Positions 44,080 through 60,300 are shown, counted from the stretch's first letter. The stretch is DNA of 64,000 bases from the human T2T-CHM13v2.0 reference genome, Homo sapiens (GCF_009914755.1 NC_060933.1); one strand, 5' to 3'. A program made the numbers and translations. Notes: generated by a model not told the origin, from the letters alone.

Positions 44080-46340
44080 AATCAATCATTCCGAGTGGAA
44101 TGGAAGGGAATGTAATGGAGTGGAAAGAAGGGAATGGAATCAACCCGAGTGGAATGCAAGGCAATGGAATGGAATGGAAAGGAATGGAATGGAATCAACT
44201 CGATTGCAATGGAATGGAATGGAATGGAATGGAATTAACCGGAATAGAATGGAATGGAATGGAATGGAACGGAATGGAACGGAATGGAATGGAATGGAAT
44301 GGAATGGAATGCCATGGAATTGAATCAACCCGAGTACAATGGAATGGAATGGAATGGAATGGAATGGAATGGAATGGAATGGAATCGTTCTGAGTGGAAT
44401 AGGAGGGAATGTATTCGAGTGGAATGGAAAGGAATGGAAAAAACCTGAGTGGAATGGAAGGGAATGGAATGGAATGGAAACTAATAGAATGGAATCAACC
44501 CGAGAGGAATGGAATGGAAAGGACTGGAATGGAATGGAATGGAATGGAATTAACTCGATTGTAATGGAATGGAATGGAATGGAATGGAATGGAATTAACC
44601 GGAATAGAATGGAATGGAATGGAATGGAACGGAATGGAATGGAATGGAAGGGAATGGAATCAACACGAGTGCAGGGGAATGGAATGGAATGGAATGCAAT
44701 GGAATGGAATCATCCGGAATGGAATGGAATGGAATGGAATAAACTCCATTGCAATGAAATGGAATGGAATGGAATGGAATAGAATGGAATGGAATTAACC
44801 CGAATAGAAAGGAATGCAATAGAATGGAATGCAACGGAACCTAATGGAGTGGAATGGAATGGAATGGAATCAACCCGAGTACAGGGGAATGGAAAGGAAT
44901 GGAAAGCAATGGAATGGAGTCATCTGTAATGGAATGGAAAGGAATGGAATGGAAAGGAATGGAATGGAATGGAATGGAATCAACTCGATTGCAATCGAAT
45001 GGAATGGAATGGAATTAACCTGAATAGAATGGAATGGAATGGAATGGAACGGAACGGAATGGAATGGAATGGAATGGAATGGAACGGAACGGAATGGAAT
45101 GGAATGGAATGGAATCAACGCGAGTGCAGGGGAATGGAATGGAATGGAATGCAATGGAATGGAATCTTCCGGAATGGAATGGAATGGAATGGAATGGAAT
45201 GAAATACAATGGATTCAACTCGATTGCAATGGAATGGAATAGAATGGAATGGAATGGAATTGAATGGAATTAAGTCGAGTAGAATGGAATGGAATGGAAT
45301 GGAACGGAATGGAACGGAATGGAATGGAATGGAATGGAATGGTATGGAATGGAATGGAATGGTACGGAATAGAATGGAATGGAACGAATTGTAATGGAAT
45401 GGAATTGAATGGAATGGAATGGAATGGAATGGAATCAACGCGAGTGCAGGGGAATGTAATGGAACAGAATGCAATGGAATGGAATCATCCGGAATGGAAT
45501 GGAATGGAATGGAATGGAATGGAATCAACCAGAGTGCAATGGAATGGAGTGGAATGGAATGGAATGGAATGGAACAACCCGAATGGAATGGAATGTAATG
45601 GAGAGTAAGGGAGTTGAATAGAATCAATCCGAATGTAATGGAATGGAATGCAAAGGAATGGAATGGAATGGAATGGAATGGAATGCAATGGAATTGAATC
45701 AACCCGAGTACAATGGAATGGAATGGAATGGAATGGAATGGAATGGAATGCAATGGAATGGAATGATACGGAATAGAATGGAATGGAACGAAATGGAGTG
45801 GAATGGAATGGAATGGAAAGGAATCAATCATTCCGAGTGGAATGGAAGGGAATGTAATGGAGTGGAAAGAAGGGAATGGAATCAACCCGAGTGGAATGCA
45901 AGGCAATGGAATGGAATGGAAAGGAATGCAATGGAATCAACTCGATTGCAATGGAATGGAAAGGAATGGAATGGAATGGAATGGAATGGAATGGAATTAA
46001 CCGGAATAGAATGGAATGGAATGGAATGGAACGGAATGGAACGGAATGGAATGGAATGGAATGGAATGGAATGCAATGGAATTGAATCAACCCGAGTACA
46101 ATGGAATGGAATGGAATGGAATGGAATGGAATGGAATGGAATGGAATGGAATCGTTCTGAGTGGAATAGGAGGGAATGTATTCGAGTGGAATGGAAAGGA
46201 ATGGAAAAAACCTGAGTGGAATGGAAGGGAATGGAATAGAATGGAAACTAATAGAATGGAATCAACCCGAGAGGAATGGAATGGAAAGGACTGGAATGGA
46301 ATGGAATGGAATGGAATTAACTCGATTGTAATGGAATGGA
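44080..46340 (+). repeat. About 500-bp segment duplicated at about 1.74 kb spacing (44080-~44580 vs 45823-~46340)
   Basis: ATCAATCATTCCGAGTGG...GGAAAGAAGGG...GCAAGGC, CGTTCTGAGT and GGAAAAAACCTGAG each occur in both segments and were not seen elsewhere. Confidence 0.85.
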
Positions 46341-49300
46341 ATGGAATGGAATGGAATGGAATGGAATGGAATTAACCCGAATACAATGCAATGGAATGGA
46401 ATGGAACGGAATGGTGTGGAATCGAATGGAATCAACCCGAGTGCAGGGGAATGGAATGGAATGGAATGCAATGGAATGGAATCATCCGGAATGGAATGGA
46501 ATGGAATGGAATGAAAAGCAATGGAATCAACTCGATTGCAATGGAATGGAATGGAATGGAAAGGAATACATTGGAATCAACCCGAGTGGAATGGAATGGA
46601 AAGGAGTGGAATGGAGTGGAATGGAATGGAATGGAATCAACTCGATTGGAATGGAATGGAATGGAATGGAATGGAATGGAATGGAATGGAATTAATCCGA
46701 ATAGAATGGAATGGAATGGAATGGAATGGAATGGAATGGAATGGAATGGAATGGAATCAACCCGAGTGCAATGGAATGGAGTGGAATGGAATGGAATGGA
46801 ATGGAACAACTCGAATGGAATGGAATGTAATGGAGAGTAAGGGAGTTGAATAGAATCAATCCGAATGTAATGGAATGGAATGGAACGGAATGGAATTGAA
46901 TGGAATGGAATGGAATGCAATGGAATGGAATCAACCCGAGTGCAATGGAATGGAGAGGAATGGAATGGAATGGAATGGAAACTACCCGAATGGAATGGAA
47001 TGTAATAGAGTGCAAAGGAATTGAATACACTCAATCCGAATGTAATGGAATGGAATGGAACGGAATGGAATGGAATGGAATGGAATGCAATGGAATGGAA
47101 TCAACCCGAGTGCAATCGAATGGAATCGAATGGAATGGAATGCAATGGAATGGATTCAACTTGAATGGAATTGAAAGAATGGAATCAACACGAGTGGAAT
47201 GGCATGGTTTGGAATGGAATGGAATGGAATCAACCCGAGTACAGGGGAATGGATTGGAATGAAATGCAATGGAATGGAATCATCCGTAATGGAATGGAAA
47301 GGAATGGAATGGAATGGAATGGAATGGAATGGAATGGAATGGAATGGAATTAACCCGAATAGAATGGAATGGAATGGAACGGAACGGAATGGAATGGAAT
47401 GGAATGGAATGGAACGGAACGGAACGGAACGGAATGGAATGGAATGGAATGGAATGGAATGGAATGGAATCAACGCGAGTGCAGGGGAATGGAATGGAAT
47501 GGAATGCAATGGAATGGAATCTTCCGGAATGGAATGGAATGGAATGGAATGCAATGAAATGCAATGGATTCAACTCGATTGCAATGGAATGGAATAGAAT
47601 GGAATGGAATGGAATGGAATTAATTCGAATAGAATGGAATGGAATGGAATGGAACGGAATGGAACGGAATGGAACGGAATGGAATGGAATGGAATGGAAT
47701 GGAATGGAATTAACCCGAATAGAATGGAATGGAATGGAATGGAACGGAACGGAATGGAATGGAATGGAATGGAATGGAATGGAATGGAATGGAATCAACC
47801 CGACTGCAGGGTAATGGAATGGAATGGAATGCATTGGAATGGATTCAACTTGAATGGAATGGAAAGAATGGAATCAACACGAGTGGAATGGCATGGATCG
47901 GAATGGAATGGAATGGAATCAAACCGAGTACAGGGGAATGGAATGGAATGGAATGCAATGGAATGGAATCATCCGTAATGGAATGGAAAGGAATGGAATG
48001 GAACGGAATAGAATGGAATGGAATCAACTCGATTGCAATCGAATGGAATGGAATGGAATTAACCCGAATAGAATGGAATGGAATGCAATGGAACGGAACG
48101 GAACGGAATGGAATGCATTGGAAAGGAATGGAATGGAATGGAACGGAAAGGAATGGAATGGAATGGAATGGAATGGAATGGAATGGAATCAACGCGAGTG
48201 CAGGGGAATGGAATGGAATGGAATGCAATGGAATGGAATCTTCCGGAATGGAATGGAATGGAATGGAATGGAATCAACCCGAGTGCAATGGAATGGAGTG
48301 GAATGGAATGGAATGTAATGGAACAACCCGAATGGAATGGAATGTAATGGAGAGTAAAGGAGTTGAATAGAATCAATCCGAATGTAATGGAATGGAATGG
48401 AACGGAATGGAATTGAATGGAATGGAATGGAATGCAATGGAATGGAATCAACCCGAGTGCAATGGAATGGAGAGGAATGGAATGGAATGGAATGGAAACT
48501 ACCCGAATGGAATGGAATGTAATGGAGTGTAAGGGAATTGAATAGAATCAATCCGAATGTAATGGAATGGAATGGAATGGAATGGAATGGAATGGAATGC
48601 AATGCAATGGAATGGAATCAACCCGAGTGCAATCGAATGGAATCGAATGGAATGGAATGCAATGGAATGGATTCAACTTGAATGGAATGGAAAGAATGGA
48701 ATCAACACGAGTGGAATGGCACGGATTGGAATGGAATGGAATGGAATCAACCCGAGTACAGGGGAATGGTATGGAATGGAATGCAATTGAATGGAATCAT
48801 CCGTAATGGAACGGAAAGGAATGGAATGGAATGGAATGGAATGGAATGGAATGGAATCAACTCGATTGCAATCGAATGGAATGGAATGGAATTAAGCCGA
48901 ATAGAATGGAATTGAATGGAATGGAACGGAACGGAACGGAACGGAATGGATGGAATGGAATGGAATGGAATGGAATGGAATCAACGCGAGTGTAGGGGAA
49001 TGGAGTGGAATGGAATGCAATGGAATGGAATCTTCCGGAATGGAATGGAATAGAATGAAATGCAATGGATTCAACTCGATTGCAATAGAATGGAATAGAA
49101 TGGAATGGAATTGAATGGAATGGAATTAATCCGAATAGAATGGAGTGCAATGGAATGGAACGGAATGGAACGGAATGGAATGGAATGGAATGGAATGGAA
49201 TGGAATGGAATGGTATGGAATGGAATGGAATGGTACGGAATAGAATGGAATGGAACGAATTGTAATGTAATGGAATTGAATGGAATGGAATGGAATGGAA

Positions 49301-51309
49301 TGGAATCAACGCGAGTGCCGGGGAATGTAATGGAACGGAATGCAAGGGAATGGAATCATCCGGAATGGAATGGAATGGAATGGAATGGAATGGAATGGAA
49401 TGGAATGGAATCAACCCGAGTGCAATGGAATGGAGTGGAATGGAATGGAATGCAATGGAACAACCCGAATGGAATGGAATGTAATGGAGGGTAAGGGAGT
49501 TGAATAGAATCAATCCGAATGTAATGGAATGGAATGCAACGGAATGGAATGGAATGGAATGGAATGCAATGCAATGGAATTGAATCAACCCGAATACAAT
49601 GGAATGGAATGGAATGGAATGGAATGGAATGGAATGGAATGGAAAGGAATGATACGGAATAGAATGGAATGGAACGAAATGGAATGGAATGGAATGGAAT
49701 GGAATGGAATGGAATGGAATGGAATCGTTCCGAGTGGAATAGGAGAGAATGTATTCGAGTGGAATGGAAAGGAATGGTATCAACCAGAGTGGAATGGAAG
49801 GGAATGGAATGGAGTGGAAACTAACAGAATGGAATCAACCCGAGTGGAATGGAATGGAAAGGACTGGAATGGAATGGAATGGAATGGAATCAACTCGATT
49901 GTAATGGAATGGAATGGAATGGAATGGAATGGAATGGAATCAACCCGACTGCAGGGGAATGGAATGGAATGGAATGCAATGGAATGGAATCTTCCGGAAT
50001 GGAATGGAATGGAATGGAATGGAATGGAATGGAATGGAATGGAATCAACCCGAGTGCAATGGAATGGAGTTGAATGGAATGGAATGGAATGGAACAACCC
50101 GAATGGAATGGAATGTAATGGAGAGTAAGGGAGTTGAACAGAATCAATCCGAATGTAATGGAATGGAATGGAACGGAATGGAATTGAATGTAATGGAATG
50201 GAATGCAATGGAATGGAATCAACCCGAGTGCAATGGAATGGAGAGGAATGGAATGGAATGGAATGGAAACTACCCGAATGGAATGGAATGTAATGGAGTG
50301 TAAGGGAATTGAATACAATCAATCCGAATGTACTGGAATGGAATGGAACGGAATGGAATGGAATGGAATGGAATGGAATGCAATGCAATGGAATGGAATC
50401 AACCCGAGTGCAATCGAATGGAATCGAATGGAATGGAATGCAATGGAATGGATTCAACTTGAATGGAATGGAAAGAATGGAATCAACACGAGTGGAATGG
50501 CATGGATTGGAATGGAATGGAATGGAATCAACCCGAGTACAGGGGAATGGTATGGAATGGAATGCAATGGAATGGAATCATCCGTAATGGAATGGAAAGG
50601 AATGGAATGGAATGGAATGGAATGGAATCAACCCGAGTGCAGGGGAATGTAATGGAACGGAATGCAATGGAATGGAGTCATCCGGAATGGAATGGAAGGG
50701 AATGGAATGGAATCAACCCGAGTGCAATGGAATGGAGTGGAATGGAATGGAATGGAATGGAACAACCCGAATGGAATCGAATGTAATGGAGAGTAAGGGA
50801 GTTGAAAAGAATCAATCCGAATGTAATGGAATGGAATGGAACGGAATGGAATGGAATGGAATGGAATGGAATGGAATGCAATGGAGTGGAATCATCCCGA
50901 ATACAATGGAATGGAATGGAATGGAATGGAATGGAATGGAATGGAATGGAATGAAATGGAATGGAATGGAATGGAATGGAATTGAATGGAATGGAATGGC
51001 TTCAAACCGAATGGAATGGAAAGGAATGGAATCAACACGAGTGGAATGGAATGGAATGGAATGGAATGGTACGGAATAGAATGGAATGGAACGAAATGGA
51101 ATGGTATGGAATGGAATGGAATGGAATGGAATGGAATGGAATGGAATGGAATGGAATCGTTCCGAGTGGAATAGGAGGGAATGTATTCGAGTGGAATGGA
51201 AAGGAATGGAATCAACCAGAGTGGAATGGAAGGGAATGGAATGAAATGGAAACTAATAGAATGGAATCAACCCGAGTGGAAAGGGATGGAAAGGAATGGA
51301 ATGGAGTGG

Positions 51310-54300
51310 AATGGAATGGAATGGAAAGGAATGGAATCAACTCGATTGTAATGGAATGGAATGGAATGGAATGGAATGGAATGGAATGGAATTAACCCGA
51401 ATACAATGGAATGGAATGGAATGGAACGGAATGGAGTGGAATGGAATGGAATCAACCCGAGTTTAGGGGAATGGAATGGAATGGAATGCAATGGAATGGA
51501 ATCATCCGGAATGGAATGGTATGGAATGGAATGCAATGCAATGGAATCAACTCGATTGCAATGGAATGGAATGGAAAGGAATAGAATGGAATCAACCCGA
51601 GTGGAATGGAATGGAAAGGACTGGAATGGAGTGGAATGGAATGGAATGGAATGGAATTAACTCGATTGGAATGGAATGGAATGGAATGGAATGGAATTAA
51701 CCCGAATAGAATGGAATGGAATGGAATGGAACGGAATGGAATGGAATGGAATGGAATGGAATGGAATGGAATGCAATGGAATGGAATCAGCCCGACTGTA
51801 GGGGAATGGAATGGAATGGAATGCAATGGAATGGAATCATCCGGAACGGAATGGAATGGAATGGAATGGAATCAACTCGATTGCAATGGAATGGAATGGA
51901 ATGGAATGGAATCGAATGGAATGGAATGGAATTAAACCGAATAGAATGGAATGGAATGGAATGGAAAGGAATGGAAGGGAATGGAATGGAATGTAATCAA
52001 CCCGAGTGCAGGGGAATGTAATAGAATGGAGTACAGTGGAATGGAATCATCCGGAATGGAATGGAATGAAATGGAATGCAATCAAGCTGATGCAATGGAA
52101 TGGAGTGGAATGGAATGGAATGGAATGGAAACATCCCGAATGGAATGGAATGTAATGCAGTGTAAGGGAATTGAATAGAATCAATCCGAATGTAATGGAA
52201 TGGAATGGAATGAAATGGAATGGAATGGAATGGAAGGGAATCAACCAGAGTGCAATGGAATGGATTCGAATGGAATGGAATGGAATGGAATGGATTCAAC
52301 AAGAATGGAATGGAAAGGAATGGAATCAACCCGAGTGTAATGGCATGGAATGGAACGGAATGGAATGGGATGGAATGGAATGGTACGCATTAGAATGGAA
52401 TGGAATGAAATGGAATGGAATGGAATGGAATGCAATGGAATGGAATGGAATGGAATGAACCCGTGTGCAATGGAATGGAATGGAATGGAATGGAATGGAA
52501 TGGATTCAACTCGAATGGAAACAACGCGATTGAAATGGAATGGAATGGAATGGAAAGGAATAGAATGGAATCAACCCGAGTGGAATGGAATGGAAAGGAC
52601 TGGAATGGAGTGGAATGCAATGGAATGGAATTAACCCGAATAGAATGGAATGGAACGGAATGGAACGGAATGTAATGGAATGGAATGGAATGGAATAAAT
52701 CCGAGTGCAGGGGAATGGAATGGAATGGAATGCAATGGAATGGAATCATCCGGAATGGAATGGAATGGAATGGAATGGAATGGAATGGAATGGAATGGAA
52801 TCAACTGGATTTCAATGGAATGGAATGGAATAGAATGGAATGGAATTAACACGAATAGAATGGAATGGAATGGAATGAAATGGAACAGAAAGGAATGGAA
52901 TGGAATGGAATGGAATCAACCCAAGTTCAGGGGAATGGAATGGAATGGAATTCTATGGAATGGAATCATTAGAATGGAATGGAATGGAATGGAATGGAAT
53001 GGAATGGAATGGAATGGAATCAACCCGAGTGCAATGGAATGGAGAGGAATGGATTGGAATGGAATGGAAACTACCCGATTGGAATGGAATGTAATGGAGT
53101 GTAAGGGAATTGAATAGAATGAATCCGAATGGAATGGAATGGAATGGAACGGAATGGAACGGAATGCAATGGAATGGAATGGAATGGAATGGAATGGAAT
53201 GGAATGGAATGGTATGGAATAGTATGGAATGGAATGGAATGGTACGGAATAGAATGGAAAGGAAAGAATTGGAATGGAATGGAATCGAATGGAATGGAAT
53301 GGAATGGAATGGAATCAACCCGAGTGCAGGGGAATGTAATGGAACGGAATACAATGGAATGGAATCATCCGGAATGGAATGGAAAGGAATGGAATGGAAT
53401 GGAATGCAATGGAATGGAATGGAATGGAATCAACTCGATTGCAATCGAATGGAATGGAATGGAATTAACCCGAATAGAATGGAATGGAATGGAATGGAAC
53501 GGAACGGAATTGAATGGAATGGAATGGAATGGAACGGAAAGGAATGGAATGGAATGGAATGGAAAGGAATGGAATGGAATCAACGCGAGTGCAAGGGAAT
53601 GGAATGGAATCGAATAGAATGGAATGGAATGGAATTAACCCGAATAGAATGGAATGGAATGGAATGGAACGGAACGGAATTGAATGGAATGGAATGGAAT
53701 GGAACGGAAAGGAAAGGAATGGAATGGAATGGAATGGAATGGAATGGAATGGAATCAACTCGATTGCAATCGAATGGAATGGAATGGAATTAACCCGAAT
53801 AGAATGGAATGGAATGGAATGGAATGGAACGGAACGGAATGGAATGGAATGGAATGGAATGGAATGGAATGCAATGGAATGGAATCATCAGTAATGGAAT
53901 GGAAAGGAATGGAATGGAATGGAATTGAATGGAATGAAATCGATTGCAATCGAATGCAATGGAATGGAATTAACCCGAATAGAGTGGAATGGAATGGAAT
54001 GGAATAGAACGAAACGGAATGGAATGGAATGGAATGGAATGGAAAGGAACGGAACGGAAAGGAACGGAACGGAATGGAATGGAATGGAATGGAATGGAAT
54101 GCAATGGAATCAACACGAGTGCAGGGGAATGGAATGGAATGGAATGCAATGGAATGGAATCTTCCGGAATGGAATGGAATGGAATGGAATGGAATGGAAT
54201 TGAATGCAGTGGATTCAACTCGATTGCAATGGAATGGAATAGAATGGAATGGAATGGAATGGAATGGAATGGAGTTAACACTAATAGAATGGAATGGAAT

Positions 54301-57300
54301 GGAATGGAACGGAACGGAATGGAATGGAATGGAATGGAATGGAATGGAATGGTATGGAATGGAATGGAATGGTACGGAATAGAATGGAATGGAACGAATT
54401 GGGATGGAATGGAATCGAATGGAATGGAATGGAATGGAATGGAATCAACGCGAGTGCAGGGGAATGTAATAGAACGGAATGCAATGGAATGGAATCATCC
54501 GGAATGGAATGGAATGGAATGGAATGGAATGGAATCAACCCGAGTGCAATGGAATGGAGTGGAATGGAATGGAATGGAATGGAACAACCCGAATGGAATG
54601 GAAAGTAATGGAGAGTAAGGGAGTTGAATAGAATCAATCCGAATGGAATGGAATGGAATGGAACGGAATGGAATGGAATGGAATGGAATGGAATGCAATG
54701 GAATGGAATCAACCCGAGTATAATGGAATGGAATGGAATGGAATGGAATGGAATGGAATTGAATGGAATGGAATGGCTTCAAACCGAATGGAATGGAAAG
54801 GAATGGAATCAAGACGAGTGGAATGGAATGGAATGGAATGGAATGGAATGGAATGGAATGGAATGGTACGGAATAGAATGGAATGGAACGAAATGGAATG
54901 GAATGGAATGGAATGGAATCGTTCCGAGTGGAATAGGAGGGAATGTAATCGAGTGGAATGGAAAGGAATGGAATCAACCAGAGTGGAATGGAAAGGAATG
55001 GAATGGAATGGAATGGAATGGAATGGAATGGAATGGAATCGTTCCGAGTGGAATAGGAGGGAATGTATTCGAGTGGAATGGAAAGGAGTGGAATCAACCA
55101 GAGTGGAATGGAAGGGAATGGAATGGAATGGAAACTAATAGAATGGAATCAACCCGAGTGGAATGGAATGGAAAGGACTGAAATGGAATGGAATGGAATG
55201 GAAAGGAATGGAATCAACTCGATTGTAATGGAATGGAATGGAATGGAATGGAATGGAATGGAATGGAATTAACCCGAATACAATGGAATGGAATGGAATG
55301 GAACGGAATGGAGTGGAATGGAATGGAATCAACCCGAGTTTAGGGGAATGGAATGGAATGGAATGCAATGGAATGGAATCATCCGGAATGGAATGGTATG
55401 GAATGGAATGCAATGCAATGGAATCAACTCGATTGCAATGGAATGGAATGGAAAGGAATAGAATGGAATCAACCCGAGTGGAATGGAATGGAAAGGACTG
55501 GAATGGAGTGGAATGGAATGGAATGGAATGGAATTAACTCGATTGGAATGGAATGGAATGGAATGGAATGGAATTAACCCGAATAGAATGGAATGGAATG
55601 GAATGGAACGGAATGGAATGGAATGGAATGGAATGGAATGGAATGGAATGCAATGGAATGGAATCAGCCCGACTGTAGGGGAATGGAATGGAATGGAATG
55701 CAATGGAATGGAATCATCCGGAACGGAATGGAATGGAATGGAATGGAATCAACTCGATTGCAATGGAATGGAATGGAATGGAATGGAATCGAATGGAATG
55801 GAATGGAATTAAACCGAATAGAATGGAATGGAATGGAATGGAAAGGAATGGAAGGGAATGGAATGGAATGTAATCAACCCGAGTGCAGGGGAATGTAATA
55901 GAATGGAGTACAGTGGAATGGAATCATCCGGAATGGAATGGAATGAAATGGAATGCAATCAAGCTGATGCAATGGAATGGAGTGGAATGGAATGGAATGG
56001 AATGGAAACATCCCGAATGGAATGGAATGTAATGCAGTGTAAGGGAATTGAATAGAATCAATCCGAATGTAATGGAATGGAATGGAATGAAATGGAATGG
56101 AATGGAATGGAAGGGAATCAACCAGAGTGCAATGGAATGGATTCGAATGGAATGGAATGGAATGGAATGGATTCAACAAGAATGGAATGGAAAGGAATGG
56201 AATCAACCCGAGTGTAATGGCATGGAATGGAACGGAATGGAATGGGATGGAATGGAATGGTACGCATTAGAATGGAATGGAATGAAATGGAATGGAATGG
56301 AATGGAATGCAATGGAATGGAATGGAATGGAATGAACCCGTGTGCAATGGAATGGAATGGAATGGAATGGAATGGAATGGATTCAACTCGAATGGAAACA
56401 ACGCGATTGAAATGGAATGGAATGGAATGGAAAGGAATAGAATGGAATCAACCCGAGTGGAATGGAATGGAAAGGACTGGAATGGAGTGGAATGCAATGG
56501 AATGGAATTAACCCGAATAGAATGGAATGGAACGGAATGGAACGGAATGTAATGGAATGGAATGGAATGGAATAAATCCGAGTGCAGGGGAATGGAATGG
56601 AATGGAATGCAATGGAATGGAATCATCCGGAATGGAATGGAATGGAATGGAATGGAATGGAATGGAATGGAATGGAATCAACTGGATTTCAATGGAATGG
56701 AATGGAATAGAATGGAATGGAATTAACACGAATAGAATGGAATGGAATGGAATGAAATGGAACAGAAAGGAATGGAATGGAATGGAATGGAATCAACCCA
56801 AGTTCAGGGGAATGGAATGGAATGGAATTCTATGGAATGGAATCATTAGAATGGAATGGAATGGAATGGAATGGAATGGAATGGAATGGAATGGAATGGA
56901 ATCAACCCGAGTGCAATGGAATGGAGAGGAATGGATTGGAATGGAATGGAAACTACCCGATTGGAATGGAATGTAATGGAGTGTAAGGGAATTGAATAGA
57001 ATGAATCCGAATGGAATGGAATGGAATGGAACGGAATGGAACGGAATGCAATGGAATGGAATGGAATGGAATGGAATGGAATGGAATGGAATGGTATGGA
57101 ATAGTATGGAATGGAATGGAATGGTACGGAATAGAATGGAAAGGAAAGAATTGGAATGGAATGGAATCGAATGGAATGGAATGGAATGGAATGGAATCAA
57201 CCCGAGTGCAGGGGAATGTAATGGAACGGAATACAATGGAATGGAATCATCCGGAATGGAATGGAAAGGAATGGAATGGAATGGAATGCAATGGAATGGA

Positions 57301-60300
57301 ATGGAATGGAATCAACTCGATTGCAATCGAATGGAATGGAATGGAATTAACCCGAATAGAATGGAATGGAATGGAATGGAACGGAACGGAATTGAATGGA
57401 ATGGAATGGAATGGAACGGAAAGGAATGGAATGGAATGGAATGGAAAGGAATGGAATGGAATCAACGCGAGTGCAAGGGAATGGAATGGAATCGAATAGA
57501 ATGGAATGGAATGGAATTAACCCGAATAGAATGGAATGGAATGGAATGGAACGGAACGGAATTGAATGGAATGGAATGGAATGGAACGGAAAGGAAAGGA
57601 ATGGAATGGAATGGAATGGAATGGAATGGAATGGAATCAACTCGATTGCAATCGAATGGAATGGAATGGAATTAACCCGAATAGAATGGAATGGAATGGA
57701 ATGGAATGGAACGGAACGGAATGGAATGGAATGGAATGGAATGGAATGGAATGCAATGGAATGGAATCATCAGTAATGGAATGGAAAGGAATGGAATGGA
57801 ATGGAATTGAATGGAATGAAATCGATTGCAATCGAATGCAATGGAATGGAATTAACCCGAATAGAGTGGAATGGAATGGAATGGAATAGAACGAAACGGA
57901 ATGGAATGGAATGGAATGGAATGGAAAGGAACGGAACGGAAAGGAACGGAACGGAATGGAATGGAATGGAATGGAATGGAATGCAATGGAATCAACACGA
58001 GTGCAGGGGAATGGAATGGAATGGAATGCAATGGAATGGAATCTTCCGGAATGGAATGGAATGGAATGGAATGGAATGGAATTGAATGCAGTGGATTCAA
58101 CTCGATTGCAATGGAATGGAATAGAATGGAATGGAATGGAATGGAATGGAATGGAGTTAACACTAATAGAATGGAATGGAATGGAATGGAACGGAACGGA
58201 ATGGAATGGAATGGAATGGAATGGAATGGAATGGTATGGAATGGAATGGAATGGTACGGAATAGAATGGAATGGAACGAATTGGGATGGAATGGAATCGA
58301 ATGGAATGGAATGGAATGGAATGGAATCAACGCGAGTGCAGGGGAATGTAATAGAACGGAATGCAATGGAATGGAATCATCCGGAATGGAATGGAATGGA
58401 ATGGAATGGAATGGAATCAACCCGAGTGCAATGGAATGGAGTGGAATGGAATGGAATGGAATGGAACAACCCGAATGGAATGGAAAGTAATGGAGAGTAA
58501 GGGAGTTGAATAGAATCAATCCGAATGGAATGGAATGGAATGGAACGGAATGGAATGGAATGGAATGGAATGGAATGCAATGGAATGGAATCAACCCGAG
58601 TATAATGGAATGGAATGGAATGGAATGGAATGGAATGGAATTGAATGGAATGGAATGGCTTCAAACCGAATGGAATGGAAAGGAATGGAATCAAGACGAG
58701 TGGAATGGAATGGAATGGAATGGAATGGAATGGAATGGAATGGAATGGTACGGAATAGAATGGAATGGAACGAAATGGAATGGAATGGAATGGAATGGAA
58801 TCGTTCCGAGTGGAATAGGAGGGAATGTAATCGAGTGGAATGGAAAGGAATGGAATCAACCAGAGTGGAATGGAAAGGAATGGAATGGAATGGAATGGAA
58901 TGGAATGGAATGGAATGGAATCGTTCCGAGTGGAATAGGAGGGAATGTATTCGAGTGGAATGGAAAGGAGTGGAATCAACCAGAGTGGAATGGAAGGGAA
59001 TGGAATGGAATGGAAACTAATAGAATGGAATCAACCCGAGTGGAATGGAATGGAAAGGACTGAAATGGAATGGAATGGAATGGAAAGGAATGGAATCAAC
59101 TCGATTGTAATGGAATGGAATGGAATGGAATGGAATGGAATGGAATGGAATTAACCCGAATACAATGGAATGGAATGGAATGGAACGGAATGGAGTGGAA
59201 TGGAATGGAATCAACCCGAGTTTAGGGGAATGGAATGGAATGGAATGCAATGGAATGGAATCATCCGGAATGGAATGGTATGGAATGGAATGCAATGCAA
59301 TGGAATCAACTCGATTGCAATGGAATGGAATGGAAAGGAATAGAATGGAATCAACCCGAGTGGAATGGAATGGAAAGGACTGGAATGGAGTGGAATGGAA
59401 TGGAATGGAATGGAATTAACTCGATTGGAATGGAATGGAATGGAATGGAATGGAATTAACCCGAATAGAATGGAATGGAATGGAATGGAACGGAATGGAA
59501 TGGAATGGAATGGAATGGAATGGAATGGAATGCAATGGAATGGAATCAGCCCGACTGTAGGGGAATGGAATGGAATGGAATGCAATGGAATGGAATCATC
59601 CGGAACGGAATGGAATGGAATGGAATGGAATCAACTCGATTGCAATGGAATGGAATGGAATGGAATGGAATCGAATGGAATGGAATGGAATTAAACCGAA
59701 TAGAATGGAATGGAATGGAATGGAAAGGAATGGAAGGGAATGGAATGGAATGTAATCAACCCGAGTGCAGGGGAATGTAATAGAATGGAGTACAGTGGAA
59801 TGGAATCATCCGGAATGGAATGGAATGAAATGGAATGCAATCAAGCTGATGCAATGGAATGGAGTGGAATGGAATGGAATGGAATGGAAACATCCCGAAT
59901 GGAATGGAATGTAATGCAGTGTAAGGGAATTGAATAGAATCAATCCGAATGTAATGGAATGGAATGGAATGAAATGGAATGGAATGGAATGGAAGGGAAT
60001 CAACCAGAGTGCAATGGAATGGATTCGAATGGAATGGAATGGAATGGAATGGATTCAACAAGAATGGAATGGAAAGGAATGGAATCAACCCGAGTGTAAT
60101 GGCATGGAATGGAACGGAATGGAATGGGATGGAATGGAATGGTACGCATTAGAATGGAATGGAATGAAATGGAATGGAATGGAATGGAATGCAATGGAAT
60201 GGAATGGAATGGAATGAACCCGTGTGCAATGGAATGGAATGGAATGGAATGGAATGGAATGGATTCAACTCGAATGGAAACAACGCGATTGAAATGGAAT

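Noticed and set aside
51460-51472. TTAGGG telomere hexamer within GAGTTTAGGGG (also near 55339 and 59221)
   Set aside because: It is a single hexamer produced by two substitutions in GAGTGCAGGGG and copied by the 3.88-kb triplication, not an interstitial telomeric tract.
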